DNA of 64,000 nucleotides from a virus (taxonomy: Duplodnaviria > Caudoviricetes), in IMG/VR virus record IMGVR_UViG_3300020356_000001, positions 1-64,000 of that record. One strand, written 5' to 3'. The notes beneath the pieces are model-generated. The model was not told the DNA's origin and searched no databases. It was given only the letters and a program-made list of their open reading frames with translations. The translations under genes and the position numbers were made by a program. Below, piece by piece: positions 46,006 through 54,859 of this stretch; within the stretch, counting starts at the first letter, position 1, and each line of letters opens with the position of its first letter.

Positions 46006-46322
46006 TGACAATACATATAAGCGTGACTATACCTGATGAGTACTACACATCAGAGGTAGAGAAACTTATTAATGAATGCCAATCAGCAGTTGGTTTGCTA
46101 TGCAATGAAAAGGATAGCTGGGCTGAAAGTACATGGAGAGATCGATGACAACATGTAGATACTGTGAACAAACAATAGACCATGATGGGTTAAATGATTT
46201 ATGGCGAAGCAGGGAGGGCGGCAAGCTTTCATGTCGAGCGCATACTTCTCGTGGTTTATATAGATTTATGCATCAGCCTAAATCACTTAAAGAAATTAAA
46301 CCCAATATGTATATGGAGGTTG

Positions 46323-46649
46323 ATGATGTTTGAAGAAAGAAACATACCGAAGGTAACTCATCCAACAGATAAACATAATTTCTTTATCATACATACACAT
46401 GACTTTGAAATAGGTTACTCATACAGTACACCTATTGCATTCAATGAATGGAATGGTAAAGGTTGGGTAGTCAGAGTTAATGACTGGTCAAACACAACAG
46501 GCAAACACTTGAATTGGTTTGAAGTACCAGCTAATCAACGTATACCAGGATGGTCATTCATGGATCAGTTAATTAAAGCATGTGATAAAAGGTACGTGCG
46601 TATTGAAGAAGATGTATATGAAAGGGATGATGAGAATGAATCATGTTGA
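46323..46649 (+). CDS. Conserved phage hypothetical protein
   Basis: YSYSTPIAF...NDWSNTTGKHLN family pattern; GGAGG RBS. Confidence 0.7.
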   Translation: MMFEERNIPKVTHPTDKHNFFIIHTHDFEIGYSYSTPIAFNEWNGKGWVVRVNDWSNTTGKHLNWFEVPANQRIPGWSFMDQLIKACDKRYVRIEEDVYERDDENESC

Positions 46650-46944
46650 TGAATACGGAAGGGTAATGATTGATATGTATCCTTCTGATTGGACACAGTT
46701 TCATAAGAAGAATCCTCAAGTATATGAATGGTTAGTTAAGTCAGCTATGCAGTTACAAGCTAACGGTCATAAGAAGTGGGGTATGAAATCTCTCATTGAA
46801 GTAATGCGTTGGCAGGTAGCTATGCAAACTACTGATCCTATATTCAAGATTAATAACAATCATGCACCATATTATGCGAGGTACATAATGCACATGAATC
46901 CATCATTAGATGGGTTCTTTAATATAAGGGAGACAAAGCGATGA
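46627..46944 (+). CDS. Conserved phage hypothetical protein
   Basis: FHKKNPQVY...EVMRW...FKINNNHAPYYAR family pattern. Confidence 0.7.
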   Translation: MMRMNHVDEYGRVMIDMYPSDWTQFHKKNPQVYEWLVKSAMQLQANGHKKWGMKSLIEVMRWQVAMQTTDPIFKINNNHAPYYARYIMHMNPSLDGFFNIRETKR

Positions 46945-47138
46945 AGGTTAATGAAATGATAATTAAAGACTTTCAACCTGATGATGGAATGCAGGATGAA
47001 GGGTCAGAGATACAAGCAGTTGTTATTAATTTGTTTATTGAGGCTACAAGTGATTGGAGTTCAGAAGAATATCTGATTGCATTGCGTAGCTTACGACACA
47101 GGGTTGACATATATATAGATTCAGCAGGAGGTGAGTGA
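46941..47138 (+). CDS. Hypothetical protein
   Basis: 65 aa, coupled. Confidence 0.6.
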   Translation: MKVNEMIIKDFQPDDGMQDEGSEIQAVVINLFIEATSDWSSEEYLIALRSLRHRVDIYIDSAGGE

Positions 47139-47320
47139 TGAGTGATAACTGGAACATACAAATATGTTTAGGTAATTGGAGAGGTTCAGTTCAGATACCT
47201 AAGTCAGTGATACCTGATGCTTATGATGCTAACCAAAAGGTTATTGACCTTGCATGGGATTGGGTAAATGAACAACAAAAAGCAATATGTTCTCCTTATA
47301 AAGTGAGAGAGGTGAGTTAA
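47135..47320 (+). CDS. Hypothetical protein
   Basis: 61 aa; AGGAGG RBS. Confidence 0.6.
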   Translation: MMSDNWNIQICLGNWRGSVQIPKSVIPDAYDANQKVIDLAWDWVNEQQKAICSPYKVREVS

Positions 47321-47474
47321 TTATGCATGCAAATTCAGAAGCGTTATGTCAATTATGTGATTCAGTTATTGCAGAGGTAGTTACCAGCTCAACTATTGCT
47401 GGTGTTACTGAGATGGTTGATGATGCCATTGTTTGTAGTAAATGTTTCGATGAAGAAAGGGGGGATATATATAC

Positions 47475-47768
47475 ATGACTGGTAGAATGAAAGAATATAT
47501 GATGGAGATGGAGGAGGAACAGATGAATGAACCTGACTTAAGCTCTGTCTTTGGTGCTGACATAGAAATCTATTCACCTTCTGCGATCTTAGAAATTGCA
47601 GGATGCTATGACGTAAAGATAAGAGAACACATAGCTTTATATGGCAGAGCAGAAATTAATCATGCACATTTTACAGAACGTGTTACTTACTACCAAGCTA
47701 GAAAGAGAAATCTTCTAGTGTTATGGGCTGAAGTAACAGATAAAAGAAGGGAGTCAGAACCTTTCTAA
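47475..47768 (+). CDS. Hypothetical protein
   Basis: 97 aa ending in ESEPF. Confidence 0.65.
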   Translation: MTGRMKEYMMEMEEEQMNEPDLSSVFGADIEIYSPSAILEIAGCYDVKIREHIALYGRAEINHAHFTERVTYYQARKRNLLVLWAEVTDKRRESEPF

Positions 47769-47776
47769 ATTCGCAC

Positions 47777-47929
47777 ATGTTCTACTAAAGCAGGAGTAAT
47801 GGATGACTGTGGCGGTGTGCGCTAGTACTGGTCCCGAAGGGAGAATGTACTTGACCGAGTAGTAGAACATTGATAGTGGCAGGTGGAATACGGGGATAGG
47901 AAACTATAGGTATCCACTTGTCACTATCA
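47777..47929 (+). ncRNA. Conserved two-domain structured element, copy B
   Basis: 10-bp terminal stem ATGTTCTACT/AGTAGAACAT; core near-identical to 14496-14586; second 17-bp hairpin containing AATACGGGG. Confidence 0.75.
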
Positions 47930-48041
47930 CAATTATTCATGGTTCACCCCTCTATATAGAACGAACATAGAACCATGAACGAGTAGAGCAAATGAGTTTT
48001 ATTTTCATTTCCTCAAGGGCTGATTGTAGTGACCTTTAAGT

Positions 48042-48094
48042 GTGAGTAATCATGGAAGGCGCTATGAGAGTGGGTTCGATTCCCACCTACTCAC
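48042..48094 (+). ncRNA. Minimal (53-nt) D-arm-less tRNA-like element
   Basis: GTGAGTA/TACTCAC acceptor, CATGG/CTATG arm, T-arm GTGGG-TTCGATT-CCCAC. Confidence 0.55.
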
Positions 48095-48120
48095 GCACTT
48101 AAACAAATAGAAAGGGGTGC

Positions 48121-48528
48121 ATGATGAGAGATATAACTCTTGTTGGTAATTTAACTCGTGAGTTCGAGTATAAAGCATTGAGTAATGACAGCGTTGTAGC
48201 TAATGGTTCAATGGCTGTTAACTCCAGGACTAAAGATCCTAAGACAGGTGAATGGGGTGATGGTGACCCACACTTCTTTAACCTTGCAGTATGGGGTGAA
48301 GTTCAAGCAGAGAATGTAATCGAGTCTCTTGATAAGGGGACTAGGGTTATTGTTAACGGACAGATCAATATGAAAACTGTTACTGATGATGATGGTAATA
48401 AGAAAACATATAGTGAAGTTAGAGTTGAACACATTGGCCCTGAATTGAGATGGGCTACATGTTCTGTTGCTAGAAACGCTAAAGGTAACAGTACTTCTAA
48501 GTACAATACACCTGAAGAGAAGTTCTAA
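48121..48528 (+). CDS. ssb: Single-stranded DNA-binding protein
   Basis: ITLVGNLTR...FFNLAVWGE.QAENVIESLDKGTRVIVNG...IGPELRW. Confidence 0.9.
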   Translation: MMRDITLVGNLTREFEYKALSNDSVVANGSMAVNSRTKDPKTGEWGDGDPHFFNLAVWGEVQAENVIESLDKGTRVIVNGQINMKTVTDDDGNKKTYSEVRVEHIGPELRWATCSVARNAKGNSTSKYNTPEEKF

Positions 48529-48812
48529 TGGAGCCTGCGAAAAGGCAGGCAAGAAGATTATCTGACATTCATAAATTAATTAAACAATTTAGTACAGCTT
48601 TGGAAGTTGATCCCTTTGATAGTAAGAGGGATCAAGCCAAAGTTAATGGATTAATTAATGACATAAGAAAAGTGTTGGGCGGCGAAGTGCTACCTAAACA
48701 ACCAGTTCAATACACATATTATGAACCTGAACAAGTGGAGCCTCAAGATCCAGCATTAGCTATGGAATGGATAGATAAAATAAGAAAGGAAAAACGTGGA
48801 ACGATTGAGTAA
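48528..48812 (+). CDS. Hypothetical protein
   Basis: 94 aa, coupled. Confidence 0.6.
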   Translation: MEPAKRQARRLSDIHKLIKQFSTALEVDPFDSKRDQAKVNGLINDIRKVLGGEVLPKQPVQYTYYEPEQVEPQDPALAMEWIDKIRKEKRGTIE

Positions 48813-49107
48813 TAAAGAAGCTGAAGAGTTTCTTAATAGATATACAACCAAGCCTAAGTACCCTTGGGATGAATGGTTAGATATGGATGTAGATGAGTGG
48901 AGTGTACTTGCTAAAGACATTGACTTTGCATGTTCACTTACATCTATGAGGAACCAGTTATATAGGCAAGCGGATAAAAGAAATATTCGTTTGCAGATAG
49001 TTGCAATAGTAGCTGGTGAAACAGTGAGTAGTTTAAAGAAGGACTGCTTAATATACAGACAAGTGGAACGTGATAAACGTTCCTATATGTTGGGAGAAAA
49101 GAAATGA
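48796..49107 (+). CDS. Hypothetical protein
   Basis: KYPWDEWLD motif; 103 aa. Confidence 0.65.
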   Translation: MERLSNKEAEEFLNRYTTKPKYPWDEWLDMDVDEWSVLAKDIDFACSLTSMRNQLYRQADKRNIRLQIVAIVAGETVSSLKKDCLIYRQVERDKRSYMLGEKK

Positions 49108-49349
49108 ATAATGTAGATGCATGGCCGGAAGGTCGTACGATTGTAAAGATTAGACCAGCTACTGATAAAGATTTAGAGTTACATGGCTTTGAATTTAATA
49201 TAGATAGTGGGATAGTCCTGGTGCTTGATGATGACAGCACACTTATTCCTTCTATGGATGAAGAAGGTAATGGATGTGGTGTTTTGTTTGGTGAGCGTGA
49301 TAATAAATCAATGCAGGTTGTTGCTGAGTGGGTGTTATCAAATGAATAA
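49104..49349 (+). CDS. Hypothetical protein
   Basis: IVKIRP...LVLDDDSTLIPSMDEEGNGCGVLF phage family pattern. Confidence 0.65.
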   Translation: MNNVDAWPEGRTIVKIRPATDKDLELHGFEFNIDSGIVLVLDDDSTLIPSMDEEGNGCGVLFGERDNKSMQVVAEWVLSNE

Positions 49350-49596
49350 AATATCTACTAAAGGTTACATGTCACCTGATTTTCCTAAAGATAACTTTCA
49401 TTGGCAATCTCTTGTATACATACATGACATTGATCCAAAAGAATTAAAACTTATAGGTGATCGTTTAACTCCACAAAGGTTAGAAAGGATTTGGGCTGAT
49501 CATATACTAGGTATAACAAGTGATAATGAACATGCCATTCTAAGTAATGAACATGCAGATAAATACATTTGGGAAGGGAGCAATGAGAGTAAATAG
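49342..49596 (+). CDS. Hypothetical protein
   Basis: Start MNKIST at 49342. Confidence 0.55.
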   Translation: MNKISTKGYMSPDFPKDNFHWQSLVYIHDIDPKELKLIGDRLTPQRLERIWADHILGITSDNEHAILSNEHADKYIWEGSNESK

Positions 49597-50482
49597 TAAA
49601 CAACCATTCTTAGTGCAAAAACTAGCTGAACAATGGAGTGAAAATAATGAAGCTCCATCTATGCCGGATGATAAAAGTTGGCGTGGTTCAATGGCAGGTA
49701 GCTGTGCTAGGCAAGTGGCATACAGGTTGAGTGATACTGAAGCATCTGATCCTATTGACTTGGCTGGGTTCTGGAATATGGGACTGGGTTCAATGATTCA
49801 TAATGAATTAGAACAAGCGATACATGATTGGGCTGACAGTCAACCGAATGTAGAAGTTATTGCGGAACATGAAATGGAACTGGGCGAACGTGGCTATGGT
49901 CATGCTGACACATTAGTTATCATGGACATTCCTTGGGTTGGCAAAGTCAAGGTGTTATTTGAATTGAAAACTGTTGGTGGTTTCGGTTACAAGAACATGA
50001 TTGGTTTGAACAAAAACAAGTATGCGGAAGGACCGAAGTGGAGTGCATTCGTACAAGGTGCGATGTATGCAAGTGCTGTTGATGCTGATTTGTTAGTCAT
50101 CGGTTACTTGGCACGTGAGGGTGTCAGTAAGAACATGGCAAAAAACTACAGCAAGTCAGAGATAGAGCGGATGGGGGCAGAGTGGCACTATACAAAGGAG
50201 CAGTACATGGTAGTAGCCGCCGAGGAAATCGAACGGCTCGATGGGATATCGGCGGCAGTAGCGGAAGGGAGAACTCCATCTGAAATACCAGCTAGGTTTT
50301 CTAAGAGTGACCCTGAGATCCCATTCCCTGCTGAAGTTACACATCCTGAGAAGGGAGCGTGGAGATTGTATGCAAAAGATGGAAGCTTAGTGAATGCAGG
50401 TACTACTTGGATGTGCAACTATTGTCAGTTTCAACAACAATGCAAGGGAGATACTGATGACGTTTTATCTAGGGACGCATGA
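49583..50482 (+). CDS. Cas4/RecB-like PD-(D/E)XK exonuclease
   Basis: GSCARQ, GHADTL, ELKT, QGAMYA, CNYCQFQQQC (four-Cys Fe-S pattern). Confidence 0.8.
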   Translation: MRVNSKQPFLVQKLAEQWSENNEAPSMPDDKSWRGSMAGSCARQVAYRLSDTEASDPIDLAGFWNMGLGSMIHNELEQAIHDWADSQPNVEVIAEHEMELGERGYGHADTLVIMDIPWVGKVKVLFELKTVGGFGYKNMIGLNKNKYAEGPKWSAFVQGAMYASAVDADLLVIGYLAREGVSKNMAKNYSKSEIERMGAEWHYTKEQYMVVAAEEIERLDGISAAVAEGRTPSEIPARFSKSDPEIPFPAEVTHPEKGAWRLYAKDGSLVNAGTTWMCNYCQFQQQCKGDTDDVLSRDA

Positions 50483-51185
50483 ACCACACTGGTTAGGAAA
50501 TGTAGACGTACCTTTATTTGTATCACGTAGAAGATTAGATAGATTAAACAAGCTACCAGTAGCACTATGTCAGTGGTCTTTGGATAGCGGAGGGTTTACT
50601 GAACTACACCAATATGGTGGCTGGCAATTATCTGCTACTGATTACGCATCAAAAGTAAAAAGATATATAGATGAGATAGGTAATCTAAATTGGGCGGCTC
50701 CTCAAGATTGGATGTGTGAAACAACTGCCTTAAAATCTACGGGGTTAACTGTTCACGATCATCAAGTTTTAACTGTTGATAACTTTCTTGAGCTTAGACA
50801 ATTATTAGGTGAAGTTGTTGTTCCAGTTCTACAAGGATGGGAGTATGACGATTACCATAGATGTGTAGAGATGTACGATAAAGCTGGTGTTGATCTTTCA
50901 TCTGAACCTACTATCGGATTGGGTTCTGTTTGTAGACGACATGCTTTAAAAGAAATAACTCATATCATTACCAGCCTTCAACCTCTTAAACTACATGGGT
51001 TTGGAGTTAAAGGAGATGGATACAAAGCTAACTTACATAGATTAGTTAGTGCTGATTCAATGGCTTGGTCATTTGGTGCAAGATATAAACCACCTTTAGA
51101 TGGATGCACTCATAAGACTTGTGCTAATTGTAAACGCTTTGCTTTGTTGTGGAGAGATCAAATGTTAAATGGATTAGAGGATTAA
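50457..51185 (+). CDS. DpdA/queuine tRNA-ribosyltransferase-like (TGT-fold) protein
   Basis: LDSGGF, PQDWMCE, GLGSVC, HGFGVK, SADSMAW, terminal CxxxxCxxC. Confidence 0.7.
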   Translation: MTFYLGTHEPHWLGNVDVPLFVSRRRLDRLNKLPVALCQWSLDSGGFTELHQYGGWQLSATDYASKVKRYIDEIGNLNWAAPQDWMCETTALKSTGLTVHDHQVLTVDNFLELRQLLGEVVVPVLQGWEYDDYHRCVEMYDKAGVDLSSEPTIGLGSVCRRHALKEITHIITSLQPLKLHGFGVKGDGYKANLHRLVSADSMAWSFGARYKPPLDGCTHKTCANCKRFALLWRDQMLNGLED

Positions 51186-51187
51186 GG

Positions 51188-51745
51188 ATGCAATTTGTTT
51201 TAAATCTTTGTGCTTTGATAGCTAGCCTAATTCAAGTACCAGTTATAGCTGATGTTGAATACAGATACTATGAGAGTGGTTCTCATATAGTTGAACTACA
51301 AGAGTGGCTTGGTGATGTCCAGGTCGATGGAGTGTATGGCCCTAACACACGCAAGGCGCACATGAAATCGCTAGGCTCTAAAGAGATGGCTTATCACCGA
51401 TGGTACGGTGGAGGAAAAATTGGGGAACCGGAAAGGCTTGATGTTTTGGTAAGAGAATACTTCTTGCCGGAGCATCAGCCTTGGGCTATAAGAGTGGCAA
51501 TGTGTGAGAGCAGTACACAGCCATGGCATACAAGCAACTATGCTATATCTCCTGCGTTAGCTGTCGGAGTTTTCCAACATTTAAGCAAGTACTGGGATTC
51601 GAGATCAACTGCCGCTGGCTGGGCTGGCTACTCACCGTACGATATGCGAGCGAACACAGCTACTGCCGCTTATCTCTTCTATAACTCTGGCGATCATCAT
51701 TGGAATCCATCACGTTCCTGTTGGGAAAAGGCTATACTACAGTAA
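51188..51745 (+). CDS. Secreted peptidoglycan-binding + lytic transglycosylase protein
   Basis: Signal peptide; VDGVYGPNT; VAMCESS...GVFQHL...RANTATAAYLF...HHW. Confidence 0.75.
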   Translation: MQFVLNLCALIASLIQVPVIADVEYRYYESGSHIVELQEWLGDVQVDGVYGPNTRKAHMKSLGSKEMAYHRWYGGGKIGEPERLDVLVREYFLPEHQPWAIRVAMCESSTQPWHTSNYAISPALAVGVFQHLSKYWDSRSTAAGWAGYSPYDMRANTATAAYLFYNSGDHHWNPSRSCWEKAILQ

Positions 51746-51764
51746 CAACTAAAAGGGAGAACCA

Positions 51765-52625
51765 ATGGTACGTGAGGTAGTACCTGTAGGTACGAACTAC
51801 AGGATTCCTGAACAGGGAAGAATAAGACTTGGTGTGAAGACAGAACGTGCAATGAAATCCATTGACAAGTTCCGGTTCACATCATCAGACAAATCAGCTA
51901 TTGAAGCAATCGCACAGTTACATGGAGGCACAGTTAACGAGTGGACTCCACCTCGTTCACAAGAACAACAATGGGAAGTTATCACTCAAGTAGATGAGAT
52001 ACGTGTGTTCCTTCCACCTAACAGTATCAATGTGACTTACGAAGAATGGTCTGGCGGTGGACTGGTACGTAGATGTGATGGTATACAAATGGAGATCGGT
52101 GTCGATGGACCTGAAGGTAAAGAAATGGATGTGGCTCCATGCTGGTGCAAGTCTGAACTAAACAAACAAGATAAACCAATGGCATGTAAACCATATACAA
52201 GACTTAACGTCATATTACCTGACATAAAGTTTGGTGGAGTATGGAGATTAGAAACTAAAAGTTGGAATGCCGCTCAAGAACTACCCGGAATGGCACAGAT
52301 ATTAACTCAGTTGCAAGCTCAAGGTATTCTTGAAGGTTACTTACAAATAGATAAACGTGAGAAGATAACTGATGGTAAGAAAAGAAAGTTTATTGTTCCT
52401 AAACTTGTAACTACTAGCACTCCTGCTCAGATATTAAGTGGGGGTTCAATGGTCGAAGCGATAGAACCAGCAAGACCAGCTTCTTCAGAATCACATAGCA
52501 CTATGGAATTGGGCGCTGTCGTTGATGCAGAAATAGTTGAAGACTCTTGGGATAAGCCACCAATAGGAGTTAAAGTAAAGAAGAATCCTGATCCGAATGG
52601 TTTAAAATATGTACGAGCAGATTAG
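51765..52625 (+). CDS. Gp3-like / recombination-directionality-factor-like protein of actinophages
   Basis: GRIRLG, FRFTS, YEEWSGGG.VRRCDG, CKPYTRLNVILP, GVWRLETKSWNAA. Confidence 0.75.
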   Translation: MVREVVPVGTNYRIPEQGRIRLGVKTERAMKSIDKFRFTSSDKSAIEAIAQLHGGTVNEWTPPRSQEQQWEVITQVDEIRVFLPPNSINVTYEEWSGGGLVRRCDGIQMEIGVDGPEGKEMDVAPCWCKSELNKQDKPMACKPYTRLNVILPDIKFGGVWRLETKSWNAAQELPGMAQILTQLQAQGILEGYLQIDKREKITDGKKRKFIVPKLVTTSTPAQILSGGSMVEAIEPARPASSESHSTMELGAVVDAEIVEDSWDKPPIGVKVKKNPDPNGLKYVRAD

Positions 52626-52692
52626 AGAGGGGGTCGTTGTACCGCACCCCACGCATAAGGTAGCTCCCTGCCTTGTCCAACGATCCCCTCTC
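52625..52692 (+). other. 15-bp stem with 38-nt loop, intergenic
   Basis: GAGAGGGGGTCGTTG / CAACGATCCCCTCTC. Confidence 0.7.
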
Positions 52693-52697
52693 GCTCA

Positions 52698-53057
52698 ATG
52701 AGTAATATCTATGGAAAAGGAGCAAAAGGAAGAGCTACTAAACTTCATGCTCAGATCATTAGGAATCTTGGCTATTGTGAGTCTTGTGGGTCTGGCCATA
52801 ATCTCCAATGCGCTCATATAATCTCACGTAAATACTCTCAGACTAGAACCTCACTAGATAATGCGTTCTGTTTATGTGCCAGTTGTCATGCACGTTACAC
52901 AGATCATCCGGTTGAGTTTGGAAAGTTTGTTACTGACATGATGGGTGAAGAAAAGTACAATGAACTTAGGCAGTTAAGCAACTTGACAGACAAGGTAGAT
53001 TGGGAAGCAGAAGCTGACCGTCTAAAAGAAATAGCAAAGGAAGAAGGGATTATCTGA
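52698..53057 (+). CDS. NinG-like HNH nuclease
   Basis: CESCG...LQCAHIISR...SLDNAFCLCASCH. Confidence 0.75.
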   Translation: MSNIYGKGAKGRATKLHAQIIRNLGYCESCGSGHNLQCAHIISRKYSQTRTSLDNAFCLCASCHARYTDHPVEFGKFVTDMMGEEKYNELRQLSNLTDKVDWEAEADRLKEIAKEEGII

Positions 53058-53305
53058 TGGACGATTCATATTTAGAGGAACCATTTGGTATAACTCTTGA
53101 GCTTGAACCAGACACTCGTGTCTTCAATCTTCATGGCAGAGCGTCAGCTTCGATGCTTCTGTTTTTTTTAATGGATGCATCTGAAGGTGGGTTGTTAAAC
53201 AAATTACAAGAAGAAGTATCGTTTGATAATTTGTTAACTGGATACCACACGAACGGCAAAGAACCTGAAGGAGATGTAGATGACGGAAGCACCGAAGAAG
53301 AATAG
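53057..53305 (+). CDS. Acidic hypothetical protein
   Basis: 82 aa, coupled. Confidence 0.6.
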   Translation: MDDSYLEEPFGITLELEPDTRVFNLHGRASASMLLFFLMDASEGGLLNKLQEEVSFDNLLTGYHTNGKEPEGDVDDGSTEEE

Positions 53306-53435
53306 TAAATACGTTCAATGTTGGAACTGTGATGGTTACATTGGGAGAAAACTTTTAACAAGAGAAGAGTACAATAATACGTGTCCCCTATGTGAAGCTA
53401 CCGAGGTTATAGATGGATTGGGAACCACCACTTGA
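53280..53435 (+). CDS. Small zinc-ribbon peptide (51 aa; not in ORF track)
   Basis: AAGGAG RBS; QCWNCDG...TCPLCEA. Confidence 0.55.
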   Translation: MTEAPKKNSKYVQCWNCDGYIGRKLLTREEYNNTCPLCEATEVIDGLGTTT

Positions 53436-53589
53436 AATAACAAGATGGAATTTTATACAAGATAAATCTTTCGAGAACATGAGTGGCCTACCTGCTGAAG
53501 CATGGGTTGAAATGTTTATGACACCGTTAGATTCTTTAAAAGGTAAAAGTGTTTACGATAAAATCCGTGAAGATTTAGGGTTAGATTAG

Positions 53590-54651
53590 TTACCAGCCCT
53601 CATCTTTTCTGTCTTCAACTAAGATAGGAGTTTGCCAAAGTATTCCTTTCTCAGGTACATTGATCCATAGAGCTTGTTGTGGAACCTCGAAAGGAAAGTT
53701 CTCCACTGAAGCGTACTCATCGTAACCCTTAAGCGAACCGTTCATTATAAAACCAGATGAAGGAGCTAATATTAATTGATGGAAATGACCCAGGACCATG
53801 CAGGTGAAGTCTGAGTTATTTCTTTTACGTGCCACTAGCCTCATTATTGGAGGCCAGATGCCACCTATCCCACCACCACCACGAGCTTGATCGCCGTGAG
53901 TTAGGAGATAAGTAGAATCATGGATAGTAACAAAACAATCAGGACTGTCAGGAATATTAAAGGTAACTCGATCATCGCCAGCCCAGTGCGATTCGAGAGT
54001 CTTAGCGAGGAACCAATCGAAGTTGTCTCTAGCTCTGAGTTTAGATCGGGGCTTCCTCGTGCGTCTGCCATGATTACCGACGACGCATGGAACATGCACG
54101 TTACCAAATTCATCGGCAAGCATCCCGATACCAGAGGAGAGTTGGTCTGCCCAGAAGAGAACAGAACCGAGCATGGTGTCTTCGTTGGTTTCTGTGAGTT
54201 CGGTGTGGATATCCCCACTGAACAAGTCACCTCCAAGAAAAAGGACACAGCCCGAATAATCCAGACCGGCGAGATAATCATTGGTGAGAAGGACAATCTT
54301 CTCAAAGAACTTTCGGAGTCTCTTGACCCCGATGTCTCTGTTGTATGCGTTGCGCCCTTGGATCTCGTCAGGGTTGACGACTTCATCAAAGTGTGTGTCC
54401 GAAAGCACAGCACAAACTATGCCAGTTTCCTTGCCTTGCTTCTTGGGACGGAGCCACGAGGGTGGCTTGACCGAACGGCTTTTAAGATCAGCAAGAAGAT
54501 TAACTTGGCTGTCAAGAATTTCAATCTCTTTCGTAAGCGCTTTAACTTGAGACTTAGCCGTTAAAGCTTCAGTTTTATAACGAGATGCTTCTCGTAAAAC
54601 TTTAGTTATATCTTCACTTGCCGTGAAGTCTTCTAAGTTAACGTCTGGCAC
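53590..54651 (-). CDS. Calcineurin-like metallophosphoesterase with N-terminal coiled coil
   Basis: SDTH, GGDLFSG, GNHG, THGD, GHFH motifs. Confidence 0.85.
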   Translation of the reverse strand: MPDVNLEDFTASEDITKVLREASRYKTEALTAKSQVKALTKEIEILDSQVNLLADLKSRSVKPPSWLRPKKQGKETGIVCAVLSDTHFDEVVNPDEIQGRNAYNRDIGVKRLRKFFEKIVLLTNDYLAGLDYSGCVLFLGGDLFSGDIHTELTETNEDTMLGSVLFWADQLSSGIGMLADEFGNVHVPCVVGNHGRRTRKPRSKLRARDNFDWFLAKTLESHWAGDDRVTFNIPDSPDCFVTIHDSTYLLTHGDQARGGGGIGGIWPPIMRLVARKRNNSDFTCMVLGHFHQLILAPSSGFIMNGSLKGYDEYASVENFPFEVPQQALWINVPEKGILWQTPILVEDRKDEGW

Positions 54652-54859
54652 GAGTAAGGATCGCCGCTATCTTACCTTGAGTGGCATCAGGATAACCTTC
54701 AGAGTGTAACCATCTGGCTATCATTATCTTTCCTATATGCATATCATTATGTATCGCATCCCATACTTGATTGTAAATCTCGTCAGGTAATGTATCTATC
54801 CAAGCTCCAGGTGATCTACGTCCATCACTTGCAAAGTTTTCTAAAGTCCTAGAGCCCAA
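54638..54859 (-). CDS. Small helical (HTH-like) protein
   Basis: 73 aa; coupled to the phosphoesterase. Confidence 0.6.
   Translation of the reverse strand: MGSRTLENFASDGRRSPGAWIDTLPDEIYNQVWDAIHNDMHIGKIMIARWLHSEGYPDATQGKIAAILTRARR

Noticed and set aside
46033-46065. Hammerhead ribozyme (CTGATGAG...GAAAC)
   Set aside because: Stem II cannot close (G10.1 would face A), no convincing stems I/III, and it lies within a small coding ORF starting at 46005.
48070-48094. attP remnant of a host tRNA 3' end
   Set aside because: No integrase is seen, and a complementary 5' acceptor strand is present, which an att core would not need. Not fully excluded, because phage B is incomplete.
53920-54564. 214-aa plus-strand ORF
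   Set aside because: Antisense shadow of the metallophosphoesterase; no RBS or motif.
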